Assembly: GCA_030265395.1 (NCBI GenBank)
Contig: JARFYF010000017.1
Span: forward strand, 40,674,661 to 40,738,660
Length of the DNA stretch: 64,000 bases
Direction: 5' to 3'
Source of the DNA: Rhina ancylostomus
Taxonomy: Eukaryota
Shown in pieces: positions 13,301 to 26,720 of this stretch (position 1 is its first letter; each line of letters starts with the position of its first letter). The position numbers were made by a program, and so were the translations under genes. The notes under the pieces were generated by a model. The model had not been told where the DNA came from. It did no database searches and saw only the letters and a list, made by a program, of their open reading frames with translations.

Positions 13301-15710
13301 TCTCCTCCATCGACTCAGTTTCCTCATCTTGGTTTGATTACGACTCCATGAATTAAAGCGAGATTTCACTTGGTTTGAAAGGTTGTTGATGCTGAGAGTG
13401 TCATGATTATGAAAAGAAAAGCGACCACGGTTGTTTTCCTGGAGAGTAGGCGAAGGTGATGGAATCTCAGCTGTGGCAATGAGCCAGACCAAAGCAGAGT
13501 CTGTGACTGTAGAGCCAAAGACACATAGCAGCAGGTGTGGCAAGAGTGATGGGCAGGACAGCTGCAAGAAGCCAGTAGCTATAGAGCAAGAACTGCTGCA
13601 CTAAGACAGAAACATCAAGAAATGATCCTGCGTTTACATAGCACATCCTTCAAGCAGCTCAAAGTGCCTTGCATCCAGTGAACTTCTAAAAAACACGTTT
13701 GAGTTGGTTCTTCAGTCTAGAAAGATACAAAATCTGACTTTTAAAATGTAAAACTGAAGGTGGTTCCTGTGGCTCTGCACGAATTTGAAGGAGCTGACAC
13801 ACTAGGATGCATCTGCTGAGGAAAGTGTTGCTTTATTTTTGCTTCAGATGGTGCAAGTTACTCCCAGTTAGGTTACGTGGCACAGTCCCAAATTAGATAC
13901 AGGAATACGCATAGAATGAACATGGAGCACAATGAAAACAAAATAGTTTATGTTCTCAGTCCCACAAGTGCTGCAAATAGGCAGTGTCTTAGTCAGGACT
14001 CATGGCCACAGTATATCCTGGAGAGAGGAACAACAGTGCAGGGCAGTTGGCAAGAGTCCAACAGAGCAGCACGCTGAGTGTGTGAAAAGTTTGTTATGTG
14101 TCAACTTGAACTGTGAAAACCCACCCTGAAGCACAGCTATAGCCGGCCCTCTCTCTGATGCTCACTTTCATGGGTTCAAAGTTCACCAGAATCCCAGTAA
14201 AGGACTGTAAAGGGCTAAGGTTGAAAGAGTCTGCACTGAAGTAGCCCCTTACATATTTACCTCAGCTCAACACTTCAACTCTTCACTGCCAATACTACCT
14301 GTGCAACTTAACATTAAGGTTGGAGGGAAAGGGGGCTGTAAATTTGCACAGCAAGACCTCACTGATAACAAGACGACTGCATCCAGGTAATCTGCTTTAG
14401 CAGTTGAGGGAGAGCGGTAGCCCAAGAGCACTGCCACTGTCTTCAAGTGGTAGGATGGAACCCTCCTTTCTATTTCATCATCTATCATCATCTCATCTGA
14501 AAGGAAATTGGTCCTGCCCAGAATTCAGCACCTCCTTCAATCCTCAGCCCAGGTCTTGCATCAGAGTCTCTGGAGGCTACATCTTAGAATCCAAGATGGA
14601 AATGATACCGTTAACCACAGCAGGCACCCAAAAAGGTTCTCCTGTGGCTGTCGTTTCCAACCTCTTAGTTCTTCAGATTTGAACCAGTGGGATGATCCTA
14701 CATGAACGTTTGCTGCAGTCAGTTCTTTACACAACCCACGGGCAGGCCACCTTACAAATCAAACGGCAGTCAACTATCACACCTGACTGGACGGCTGCAC
14801 TTCAAGATATTGGCCAGTGGCCTCAAAGATCAGATTCTCCGAAAACACTCAACACCAGAACCCTGGAATTGCTTAAAGATTGAGCTTCATCCAGCTCATT
14901 TATCTACCATTTAGAGGGGCGCATGATCCAACAATCTTGAGGTAGTGAACTGAGCGGTCAATCTTGATTAGTCTACAATGCAACCAGACCTCGTGGGAGG
15001 AAAATCCTGTGGTGGAGAACTCTGAGACCATTGGTTGAAAATTATCTGCCCCTACCTGGTACATTCAAATGCTTTCTCTCAAAGAGAAACACCGCATCTA
15101 AATCACAATCCTGACGGGATATAAAATTCAAATAAAACATTCAAATGCACTACAAAGTCCACTTACTAAAATTGCACAGCATTCATAACATGGATGCAGA
15201 TTTACTCTCTACCAACACAATGGCAATTTATATATTCATATTGGCCCCATTTGTGAGCAGCTTGCTGTATGGCACACACTAACAGACAAAGCCGAACCCT
15301 TCTCAATCAACAGCATGTGGTGAGTGCTCATCAGATCAGCTGGCATGAGGTCTGGCTACAATGTGGCTGCATAAAGAGATTGCCAAAAGAAATATTCATT
15401 TTAATGCAAAACTGAGATGCTGTGCGACCATTTCACAGCTGGCATTAAATGCAGTTTCACTTGAGTGAACAGCCAGGTCATGAAGAATGTCCCAAACCTT
15501 GCATGCACATCATGAATAAGCACGCTCCTTGGCCCCACCCAATCTTCCCTGAAATCAATTCTTAAAATCATAAAACTTAATTAATCCAATAAGCTGAAAA
15601 TTAAAACTGCAAAGAAGAAATTGCAAATTTCACGTGCCATCTCGATGGACCCAATCGTGCCTGTAGGGCGCAAGCAGATAGGGGACACTTTTACATTCTC
15701 AAGCAAGATA

Positions 15711-15925
15711 CAGACCCTCACCAGCTTACAAACGCCTGACTTATGTACAGCCCGTACATACATACGAGCATTTGGGAGGTGGGTGGGATGGATTTACCAG
15801 CTGCTGTNNNNNNNNNNTTCTGCCGGATGGGAACTCAGTTCGCGGCTGCATTTCTGACTTGCAAACCGTCTGGGTTATGAACAGTTCATGGTAAAGGAAT
15901 CCTGCTGCAAACTGGGGAGGACCTG
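15711..15925. mobile_element. Tc1/mariner (Tigger-like) MITE
   Basis: Imperfect ~21-bp TIRs (CAGACCCTCACCAGCTTACAA and reverse complement CAGGTCCTCCCCAGTTTGCAG) flanked by TA at 15709-15710 and 15926-15927. Confidence 0.75.
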
Positions 15926-15956
15926 TATCTGTATTTAGTAACCTAATCTATGTGCA

Positions 15957-16044
15957 TTAGGATTACTACGATCTATTATAATGACACAGTGTTACATGCG
16001 TTAGGATTATTGGGATCCATTATAATGACATGCTGTTACATACC
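15957..16044. repeat. Imperfect 2-copy tandem repeat, ~44-bp unit
   Basis: TTAGGATTA....GATC.ATTATAATGACA...TGTTACAT occurs twice in tandem. Confidence 0.7.
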
Positions 16045-16050
16045 TTACCA

Positions 16051-16360
16051 ATAAGATATACAAGATATTTATGAGTCATGTGTACATTGAAACACACAGT
16101 GAAATGCATCTCTTTGCATTACTGAGAATGTGCTGGGGGCAGCCCGCAAGTGTCGTCACTCTTCCGGCGCCAACATAGCATGCCCACAGCTCCTAACCTG
16201 TACGTCTCTTTGGAATGTGGGAGGAAACTGGAGCACACGGAGGAAACCCACGCAGACACAGGGAGAACATACAAGCTCCTTGCAGATAGCGGTGGGAATT
16301 GAACCCGGGTCACTGGCACTGTAATAGCGTTACGCTAACTGCTGCACTACCGTACCGCCC
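16051..16360 (-). mobile_element. Full-length V-SINE (same subfamily as 1987 and 19825)
   Basis: Reverse strand begins GGGCGGTACGGTAGTGCAGCAGTTAGC, then B box GGGTTCAATTCCC, V-domain and the CATTTCACTGTGTGTTTCAATGTACAC tail. Confidence 0.85.
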
Positions 16361-16627
16361 TCCACTCCAAAACAAAGCATGCATTTATATAGTACCTTTC
16401 AGAACACTCCAAAGTGCTTTACAGACAGTGAAGGAGTTTTTGAAGGACAGCCACGTCCTTACAAGAGAACAGATGGTTTAACGTCTCTCTGAAAGGTTGC
16501 ACCTCCCACATTACAGTATCCAGTTCTCTTACTGTAACATGAGCATTTTTAACAGACTCCTGCAAGTTCCTAAACAAAACAATTCCCCATTTCACAATTT
16601 GAGTAAATAAAGTAATGACCAGTTACC

Positions 16628-16666
16628 CAGTTCTGATAAAGGGTCACAGACCCGAAATATTAACTG
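16628..16666 (+). ncRNA. Minimal type I hammerhead ribozyme-like motif in a Penelope-type element (element ~16625-16745)
   Basis: CAGTT-CTGATAA-A-GGGTC-ACA-GACCC-GAAA-TAT-T-AACTG: perfect stem I (CAGTT/AACTG), 5-bp stem II, palindromic ATAT at stem III; G8 is mutated to A. Confidence 0.65.
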
Positions 16667-17169
16667 TTTTTCTTTCCACACGTGCTCCTGATCTACTGTT
16701 TTTCTAGCATTTTCTGTTTTCATTTCATAATTCAAAATGCAGTTTTTCCTTCCCTGTGAACGTTAAAATGGAGTTACAAAAATTATATCACCTTTTAGTA
16801 TGTGACAAATTTTATATCTGCACACATTTCTGGCAACTATTCCATGAGAAATTCCTTTGCCCATTTTTATAATTGAAACTACTTAGATAAACAAGCTGTA
16901 ATTACAGCCTCCCTTAACCAAGAGTGCAGAAGAAGGGTGTAATTACTGTTTTCACAGGTAGTCTCAGCTCTAATGACAGGCATGGTAATTTAAAATGGGA
17001 TACAAAAGAAAGAAAGAAATGATTGCAAGACATTGAACAGGAAAACTGACATCCCTCTGCAAGCTCTGATCCAAAATCACCCAACTTCTGTCCATACATT
17101 GGATGGACATGGAACCTAACTTTACAATCAGATCCTGGTTATACAGGATTGACATCAGGATGCACTGCT

Positions 17170-18975
17170 TAACGCAAAAAGAAAGGGAAATTGCTAAGTT
17201 GCAGTTAAAGAGCTGAGGGCAGAACTGGCTAAAAGTGGACTGGGCAAGCAGATTAAAAGGGGAATAGGTAGTTTTGTAGCAAGAGAAATTTATGTAGATA
17301 TTTCATAAATCTCAGTAAAGGTACATTCCCATGAGAAAGAAACGCTTGAAGAGAAGGATGCACGATCCATAGATAATGGAGGAAGATAAGGATAATATCA
17401 ACTTGAAAGAAACGGTACACAATGTTGAAAAGATCGGTGGTAGTACAGAGGGAAGTACAGAGGGAAATCTTAGAACCAGCAACGGATGATTCAAATTTAT
17501 AAAAGGAGTGTGAAGGTAGAGTGGGAAAGTGAAGTAACAAATAGATAATAATCTCAAAACAATGTAAATACATCTCAATGATGGACAATTAAGGGGCTAT
17601 AGAGAGCATGCAACTTAAAATGATCTTTGTGTTAAGGAAAAAGCACTATGCAAATGAACCCGGGAACTTGCATCCTTGGTCTTGGAGGAAGTGGCTGCAG
17701 TGATAATGTTCGTGTTGTCCGTAATCTACCAAAATCCCTGGATTCTTGTGAGGTCCCAGACAATTGGAAAGATGTAAATGTGACACCACTACTCAAGGGG
17801 GAGACAGAAAGCAGGAAACTCTGGACCAGTTACCCCAGCATCTGTCATTGGGAAAATGCTGGCATCCATTATTAGGGAGGTAACAGCAGGACATTTAGCA
17901 AGTCATAAGACAGTCAGGGAAAGTCAATATAATTTTATGAAAGGGAATTTGTGTTTGACAAATTTGCCAGAGTCCTCTGAGGATATTACTACTAGTGTAG
18001 ATACAAGAAAACCCATAGATGTAGTGTAGCTGGATCAACAGAAGATATTTGATAAGATGCCACACAAAACGCTATTGCACGAGTTTTAAGAGCACATGGG
18101 GCTGGAGGTAATATATTGCCAAGGATAGAGGATTGGCTTACGGATAAAAAAAAACAGGGCCAGAATAAATGGGTCATCTTCAATTTGGCAGTCAGTAATC
18201 AGAGTGGTGATCAACACTGGGACCCCAACTATCCGCAGTCTATATTAATGACTTGGATGAAGAGACTCAGTGTATTGTAGTCAGACCTGCGAATGATACA
18301 AAGATAGGTGGGTTGGCTAGTTCTGAGGAGGACACTGAGTCTGCAGAAAGATAGAGATAGGTTGAGGGAGTGGGCGCAAAGTTGGCAGATGGAGTATAAT
18401 GAGGGAAAATGTTTGATTTTCTAGTTTGGAAAGAAGAAACAAAAGCAAATTATTACTCAAAAAGACTACAAAATGTCAAGAGTCACAAGAAATTTGGTGG
18501 TCCTAATGAATAAAATGCAAAGGGTTGTTCAGTGGGTACAGCAAGTCATTGTGAAGGCAAACAATTTGTTGGCCTTTATTGCAAAGGACAAGGAGTATAA
18601 ATATTGGGAGGTTTTGAAGCAATTTAACAGGGCAGAGGTGAAACTACACTTGGAGTCCCATCTAAAGATTTGGTCTCCATGCTTAAAAAAAGATAAACTT
18701 CCATCAGAGGCAGTGCAGAGAAGGTTCACTAGGTTGATACCTGGGTATGAAGGGGGATGAATGAATATAGGTTGGGCAGACTGGGCCCAAACCCATTGGA
18801 GTTTAGGAGAATGAGAGGCGATCTTATTGAAACATACAAGATTCCTGGGTTCTAGACAGGATAAATGCTGAGAGGATGTTTCCCGTCATGAGAAAGTCCA
18901 GAACCAGATGGCATGTTCTCAGTATTAGTGGGTACCAATTTAAGACTGAGATGAAGAAGAATTTGCTGCATTTGC
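17170..18975 (+). mobile_element. Large decayed CR1 LINE ORF2 (RT and C-terminus) remnant
   Basis: Frameshifted motifs VPDNWKDVNVTPLLK, GPQL...YINDLDE, ANDTKIGG (FADD-equivalent region), WQMEYN, HLE....WSP.LKKD...EAVQRRFTRLIPG. Confidence 0.9.
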
Positions 18976-19824
18976 TGCTTTACAGTAAAGACAGTGATAC
19001 TCGTCTTATTGTTTTCCAATTGACATTTGAAAAAAAGGACAATAACAGAACCAAAGTCACTTGAAAGGTTAATCACTAACTCACTACTGGTTATATCCCA
19101 TTCTAATTTTTGGATAGATTTTGATTTAGAGGTGGCAGACTTCAGTAACAGGAATATATGTTCAAGTGATGCAGTTCAGATCAAAACACTATTTCCATCT
19201 CTACCTGGAGGTTCTGGTTCTAGTTACAAATACTCTTATTCAGAAATGTCTTGGTATCTAGGATCACCTGCTTTCTCTCTAGTTCAGTGAGTTGTGAGAT
19301 GACTGACCAATCTGGGACTCATCCACAGCTGGATCAAGAGTGCCTGACAGGATGGCTGGGTGGGTGGCATGTTCCTTCTGTTGTCTATGGTGGAGTTCTG
19401 GGAGTTCTCAGTAAATAGACTTGAGGTTCTCCTGTCCAATGGAACCAACTAAATGTGATTTAGGCCCCATTGCTGCGGACATTGCTGCTCCCTCTGTACG
19501 AGGGAGAACACTGACATGGTTCGCTCATCTTTTCAGTGGATGTGGGAGATTTTACAAAGACAGCATCAGTCATATCTTTCCAATACCTGAGGTGTCTGTT
19601 GCAGNNNNNNNNNNNNNNNNNNNNNNNNNNNNNNNNNNNNNNNNNNNNNNNNNNNNNNNNNNNNNNNNNNNNNNNNNNNNNNNNNNNNNNNNNNNNNNNN
19701 NNNNGGCGCGAGAAAGAGAACAGAAAAGTGCTGCTGAGGCCAAGGTTATTATGGAATGCTGGATCAGGCACGAGAGACCATTCAGCCTCCTTACATCCAT
19801 TTCTTACACTTGTGATCATGCACT

Positions 19825-20088
19825 GGCAGGCATGGTAGCGTAGCGGTTACCGTAACACTTTACAGCGCCGTGACCCGGGTTCAATTCCGGCAACCGTCTG
19901 TAAGTCCTTCTCGTGTCTGCGTGGGTTTCCTCCCACATTCCAAAGTCGCACAGGTTAGGAAGTTGTAGGCATGCTATGTTGGTGCTGGAAGCGTGACGAC
20001 ACTTGCAGGCTGCCTCAAGAATGCTCTACACAAAAGATGCATTTCACTGTGTGTTTTGATGTACATGTTGACTAATAAAGATATCTTC
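19825..20088 (+). mobile_element. V-SINE with internal deletions
   Basis: GGCATGGTAGCGTAGCGGTT head, GGGTTCAATTCC B box, same tail as the copy at 1987. Confidence 0.85.
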
Positions 20089-20759
20089 TGACCGGGTCAA
20101 ACGCGAATTCAAACCAAGATGGACAGGTTATTTTGTTAGGTGATGCTACCAAGCAATGTGGCAGGAGGGCAGGCAAATAGAATCAAGGTGCAGATCAGTC
20201 AGAATGTAAATAGGTGGCAGACGAGGGTAGAGGAGCCGACTAGCCTACTGCCGTTCCTATGTTACTGCCCATGAAGAATCTGTTCACTGTGCTTTAACAT
20301 CATACCTATTATCTGCATGAATCATAAGATGATTTTATTATCAAGTATTTTCACACTGCAAGACCAATCCTGAACAACTAGATTCTTTATTAGTCAATGG
20401 TCTAACACATGGATGCAACCTTCATCTGATTTCTCAAAGCTAAATTGTTACTGTGTTTTTCTTCCTGGGTTAAGCAGATTGGAATTAACAACTGGATCTG
20501 TTTAAGCTGTGGAGTAAACACTGATTAATTCAAGCTGGTTAAGCCCTATTCATGATTCACTTGGAAAGTGCAGTCTTCTCAAGAAAATCTTGGCAGTATC
20601 CCTCATATTATAACGTGCGGCTGCATATTGGCAGACAGAACAGAGGCCTGAAACCTAGCTAAAGCATGTAGAAATCCAAAATCTTTTGTACTACTTGCCA
20701 CTATAGGTTGAGAGAGGGGCTGCTGCTATCGAGACGGTTTCCAAGAATGTGCAGTATAT

Positions 20760-21350
20760 GCGTAACAATCCGTATTAATAACTAGCTGGGGCTTCATGGG
20801 TGTCCACACGAGGAGATGGACCGGGCCTTGGTTCACTATCTCAAAGCACATCAGCATTTCTGACTCCCTCAGCGTTGCACAAAATTTCCGTGCGCAAACT
20901 CTGGAATGGGACTTGAACTTTCAACCTTCCGCTACAGACCGGTCGGTGCTACAAGCTGAGCCAAAAATAACCCCTGAACAATGGAAATGGCACACAGGAC
21001 ACTGTTCACCCACCACTAGCTGTGCCAGAACCGGTGCCCTCCCTGTGATGCATCATTCCCATTTTGAATAACTCATCCCATTGCCTTGGAAATAACACGT
21101 CTCTACCTCAATTATCACCAGTTGTGAAGTACACCATTGTCTTGCCCAGAGAGGACATCCACACTTCTCTTCAAATTAAACCTGTGGGATCTATGGTTTT
21201 CACCTAATGGGGTAGATGGGGCTTCCATTAAATGTCACATTTAAAATGTGGCACCTGTAGCCATGCAGCACTCCCAGTACTGACAGATGCTTCGGCCTGG
21301 ATTGTCCTTCGAGGCCAGAACCTACAATCTCCTAGCTCAAGATGCTACAG
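20760..21350 (-). mobile_element. Two decayed Deu-domain SINE fragments (~20760-20965 and ~21080-21350)
   Basis: Reverse strand contains GTACTGGGAGTGCTGCATGG..AGGTGCCACATTTT..ATGTGACATTTAA and GGTTCAAGTCCCA-like B boxes. Confidence 0.55.
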
Positions 21351-22479
21351 TACTAGTTCCAGGGGACAGCTTAATTAACATTTGCCTGTCAAGAGGGGAG
21401 TGGTGTTTCAACAATCTCTGTGCAGGCTATCCTCTGCGAGGAAGCCATCCAAATTGGCACTGCGGGCGATCAAACAAACACTGTTTTGTGGGTTATCTCT
21501 GCAGTTTGGTTGCTGATCTTAAATCCTCTCTGATCTTCAGTAAAAACAGGTTATGAAGGTTTAAAGAGAGAAAACAATAATCAGTTGGAATGACTGGCTT
21601 TATTTCTTATTCTTTTGTGCACTGTTGTGAAAGTGAATTCTGATGGGCACATGGGGGAACACAACTGTTACCTATATCATAACAAGTTACCCCAGCATTG
21701 GTGACAGGAAGGTAAAAGACAGAGTTGCAGTGTGAGACAATCTAATGCACAAGGCATTGTTCTGGGACCTAAAGTGGAACCGTGCTTAAGTTTCCTTATC
21801 CAGAGGCTAAGAAGTCGGAGGAAGGATTCAGTTTTGGCTTACTCAGCTCTCCAGGTAACACGCTGAGGTGTAGCCAGCTTCTGCACATTGTTTGGCAATA
21901 CCCTGTAACTAGACTCTCCCCTTCTCTGACCAGGATTGCAGACTGTATCAGATTATTTTTAAGCAGGGCACCCTACCTACCTCTGGCTCACCCTTCAACA
22001 CCCGACTACCACTGGAGGACTCATCCACACCCCCATCGACTTCAGAACAGATTACCCCAAAGAACCCCTGGCCACTTCCCACTGTAAATGTCAGCTCATT
22101 CGCACTGTGCCTTGGGGGAGCGGGGGATATTCATGCTACACTGCACAATGCAGCTTATGTTGACGCAGAAGTTAAAAATGCCTCGCATTGGCCAAGTGTA
22201 TTGAGCAGCTGTCCAGTTAGTGCTCAGACCGTTCAAGGAAATGTGGAACTATGTCTGGAGAGCACAAAGTTACAAATGAATAAGTCACAGTAAGCAAATT
22301 GTTTAAAACAGTAATAAGAATGGCCATTTCAGTGTCTGTAACATTAGTCACAGTATTACTCAGTGTATGAAGTATCACATCACACACAAAACATGTTTTG
22401 CAATTTTATTCTTAAATATATCAATAAGAGAATACAATTGTGGAAGATTGCTGATTACCATTAACCTATCATTAATGAT

Positions 22480-22735
22480 TTAATAGGAACCTGAAGGGCA
22501 ACTTTTTTGCCCAGAGGGTGATCAATATATGGAACGAGCTGCCAGAGGAAGTGGATGAGGCAGGAACAATAACAACTTTTAAAAGACAGTTGGACAGGTA
22601 CATGCATTGGAAGGGCTTAGAGAGTTATGGGCCAAACGCTGGCAAGTGGGACTAGCTTGGATGGGGCATCTTGGTCAGCATGGACCAGTTGGGCCGAAGG
22701 GCTCATTTCTGTGCTGTATAACTCCTATGACTTTA
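22480..22735 (+). mobile_element. CR1 LINE 3' end
   Basis: CAGAGGGTGATCAATATATGGAACGAGCTGCCAGAGGAAGTGG...TTGGGCCGAAGGGCTCATTTCTGTGCTGTATAACTCCTATGACT tail. Confidence 0.9.
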
Positions 22736-24404
22736 TTACATGCTCCAGAGGCCTCAAGTTTAAAATGCTCACCTTGCTTTACACTCTTCAACATGGTAGA
22801 CATCACCTCATACAAACGTGCTGCGTTCAGGTACGCGCTATAACTTCCTGCTGTCACTTCACATTGTGTTCCCCGATCAGTCATCCAACTCACCCACTGT
22901 GCCTTATGCCCATGAACTCATTACCCCATTTAATGGGTTCTGTTTTATATATGTATGAAGAGGTTCTCCCCCCCCATCAGTTATATCCAACTCAACTTAC
23001 AGGCAGCTGGTTTCCTGACTGGTGTACATCCTGCTAGCTGACGTACTTAAAAGAACAGTGAGCAAAAGGATTCAGAACTGGGCTGAAAATAAACTGGAGA
23101 AATGAGACACCAGCCTTCTCATTAGATTCAGGAACTGCACAAGCAAGGTTAAGCAAACAGACCTGCACCTGATAAGACAAGAGCTGACAGTCCGCATCCT
23201 GGAGGGCAATTCTATTTGAGATCACTAATTGGTAGGGAAGGCACAGTGAAATGACAGTGAGGGATGCCAGCCTTTTGCACAGCAAACCAGCAGGGGAAAC
23301 GTGAAATGGGAAGGGGGGTGAGCAACAGAGAAGACAATGCAGTGTGAAGAGGAACAGAGGTGTCAAGGTCACAGATTATGGACATTATGACATACATAAA
23401 GGGACCACAAGGCAAGGCACTGTCAACACTCCCGGAATAGAAAGGTCTGAAATCTCTAAGCAGCAGCAAGCATCTTCTCACAGGTGCCACGTGGAGGCGA
23501 TGCTAACGAAAGAGAAAGGAATTTGCGTTAAAAACACATTCCCAAATGAATATCACCTTCCTGTCCAACTTCAACACCCTTTCATAATTTACCCTTGTGG
23601 ACAGCAGCTCTCCGAAGATGGCACTTTGCTCGATGCTGGTGACCCTAACCACTAACGTGTAGAGAACATAAACTTCCCTCGCCCAATGCCCTAAATTAGA
23701 GCTGGAATGTCAGTCATCAAGAGACATCAAAAGATAGCTGATTGCCAGAACATTATAACATTGAGCAGAAAGTCAACTCTCTTGATTAGGTGACACCATA
23801 AATCAATATGTGGCTTTTTTTTTAAATTGCAAAGTGCATTTTTGTGGGGGGAAGAAAAATCATTGATATCCATCAATTTCTTCCCCCTTCAATAACTAAG
23901 ATACCTTAAATATAAGGCATTCTTCTGTAAGTTTCCTCCAAGCCTAACACCAACCTCACCTCCCACTGTGATATCTCTGTTCATTCATGTTTATTCACCC
24001 ACCCATTCACTCCTTTTTGGAAGCAGTCTAACTATCTCAGCCTTAAGTCTCTGGAGTTCTTTCCTCTCTCCTTTTAAGATCTCTTTTAAGCCTTTGTCAC
24101 ATTTTCTATTATCCCTGTTTCGGAGTTAGTGTCCAATTTCCATACGTTCCCTGGTGAAGCACAGGGGGGTTCTTCACAACAAAGGCCCTATGCAACAGCA
24201 ACACGTCCTGCTCTATGGCAGGCTATGTGGCCCCTGTCTAGGTGACCTCCCGAACAGATTCAATCACGTTTGGGGACCAGACAGGAATTACCCCACCCCC
24301 CCCCACACACTTTTTTCCTTACTGGCCTCAAGTTTTACTTTGTTTTACAAAAGTCTCTCCCATGGGAATACGTGACAGAAGAGAGGAAGAGGGAGAGTGT
24401 AATG

Positions 24405-24620
24405 AAATACAGTGCTGGGATGTAGACCTGGAAATACTCAGCAACCATAGAAAGAGATACAGTAACCGGTTCAGGTTGAAGAGCCTTCAAAAGGGTATTC
24501 AACCTGAAACCATTGACTCAATTTCCCTCTCCACAGATGCTGCCTGACCAACTGAGTATTCCCAGCACTTCCTTTTTTTAAAGTTTCAGATTTCCAGTAT
24601 CTGCAGTCTTCTGTTTTTCA
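24405..24620. mobile_element. Fold-back Penelope-type element (two inverted arms)
   Basis: TTCAGGTTGAA (24470-24480) is the exact reverse complement of TTCAACCTGAA (24498-24508); outer arms GGAAATACTCAG and CTGAGTATTCC. Confidence 0.7.
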
Positions 24621-25784
24621 GGAAGGACTGTGCGTTTTGTCTCGATTAACCAGCTACCGCGAGTCTGGGACGGGGATGACAGACTAGTCTTTTGCCACTG
24701 GCAGTGTTCATACAATGGCAGCTAGATCTGTGCCTCTTGTTTTATGAAGCGTTTAATAACTAACTTGTATTCACAAAGCACCTTTATAGTATGATTTCTA
24801 GTCAGATTGACAGGAGATAAATCCTCCCTTTGAATCCTACCATTAATTAACTATTGTTTCTATTTGAGGATTGCTTTATTTGAAAGGAATCAATAATAGC
24901 TCTGCTGCAAACACTTCCAGCATTTTTGTTGACAGGCAGTTGTGACTAGTGAACTAGAAATCTGTGACTGTAAATAATCTACACAGATAATTGCGCATCA
25001 TTGCAAATAAAATCACAGATATAAATGGGGTGCATGGCATCTCGAGTCAAATGTTCAAATAAGGCAACAGCAAATCTGAAATACACTCAGCACCAAATTG
25101 AAGTTATCAGGAAATAAAATGGTCAGTGTTTCTACACCGTCTGTCTACACTGTCTGTCCACAGAACTGGCAAGTGCATCTGTGGGGAAATGTCACAAGGT
25201 CTTTTGAAAGGCCCCTCAGGGGTCAGGTCAACTCATAGCTGGCAAGAACTTTCAGGATTACTGGGAACTCCCCTCTGATGTAGTGGAGTGTGAGTGGAAG
25301 CATCATCTACTGAAATTTTAAAAAAAATCAGAATAAGGCGCAAGTTAAAGTTTTTCCTCAAAGTCTGCCTACATGTGGGTGATATACCCACCCCTGCAAG
25401 GAACACTGATACCAATTTCTTTTGATTGAATTTCCTTACTCGTGACTGGGCCGACCACCCACCCCCTCTCTGGTCAGGACAGTCCCAGTCTATAAACATC
25501 CAGCGTTGGCCTCCTGCTGCACAGCAGGAGGCCGAGCCCCTCTTTTGGCCCAGAAGTTGTGGTCAGCGTCAGCTTTCCATGGCTGCCAGAGACCCCAGAA
25601 ATACGCTTGAAATTACACTGTCATTCCCCTGCAGTAATCATGCTGTCCAGTCAAAGCGAGGCCCTGCAAATTCACCGGGACTTCTGTGGCCCAAATGTGT
25701 CATGGGGCCAGAACAAAGTCCTATGTACAAGTGCTGAGAGAAGACAGACTTTTTTGCTAAGACATGGCCCTAACTCACAATTAT

Positions 25785-26450
25785 AGGGATGTACAAATGG
25801 AGGAGGAGTAGGCCATTTGGCCCCTCAAACCTGCTATACCATTTAATAAGATCATCGATTCATTGCAACCTTGATTTCAGATTCCCGTCCACCTACAGAA
25901 ACCTTTCACCCCTATACTTAAAGTATTCATCTAACTCTGCCTTAAAAATATTCAAAGACTCTGCTTTCACTGCCTTCTGAGGAAGAGAGCTCCAAAGACT
26001 CACAACCCTGAGAAAGAATCTTATCTCATCTTGTTCTCAAGTGGACAGCACCTTATTTTCAAAACAGTGACCCCTAATTCTAGACTCTTCCACAAGCAAC
26101 ATCCTCTCCACATCCACCTTGTCAAAACCTCCCCAGAAATGAATGTTTTATCAAGTTCTCTCTCACCCTTTGAAACTCCAGCAGATACCAGCAAAGCCTG
26201 TTCAATTTTTCCTCACAAGACAACCCACCTATTCCTGATTTTACTACTGAACCTTTTCTGAACTGCCTCCAACATTGTAATCCCTCCCTCATAAGTGGCC
26301 AATACTATGCACGATACCCCAGATGTGGTCTCACCGATGTCCTATGATATATCACTGAAGCACAACTTCCCTGCTTCGGTGTTCAATTCTTCCAGCAATA
26401 AGCGTTGTTGGCTTTCTGAATTACATGTTGAACCTGCATGCCAACTCCAT
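25785..26450 (-). mobile_element. CR1 LINE 3' portion
   Basis: GGAGGAGTAGGCCATTTGGCCCCTCAAACCTGC tail in reverse orientation followed by a decayed ORF2 C-terminus. Confidence 0.8.
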
Positions 26451-26720
26451 CAACCTGGGTTCAATCCTGACCTGGTGCTATCCGAATGGAGTTTGCACAT
26501 TCTCCCTGCAACTCTAATGGGTTTTCCCCAAATACTCTGGCTTCCACCCACATCCCAAAAACTTGCTAGCTAAAGTTGATTGGCCAAAGTAATTTACCCC
26601 TATTGTAGGTGGGGAAGTAGGAGAATTAGGGGAGACAGCAGAGTTAATGGGCAGGCAATAGGGAATATATTACAAGGAAACAAGTGGGGAAATGGGATTG
26701 TTCTGTGAATGGGCATAGCT
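26450..26720 (+). mobile_element. V-SINE
   Basis: CCTGGGTTCAATCCTGACC B box and GAGTTTGCACATTCTCCCTG..GGGTTTTCCC..CCCACATCCCAAAA V-domain. Confidence 0.7.

Noticed and set aside
16290-16360. tRNA-like A/B boxes here and in other copies
   Set aside because: These are SINE heads continuing into V-domains, not tRNA genes.
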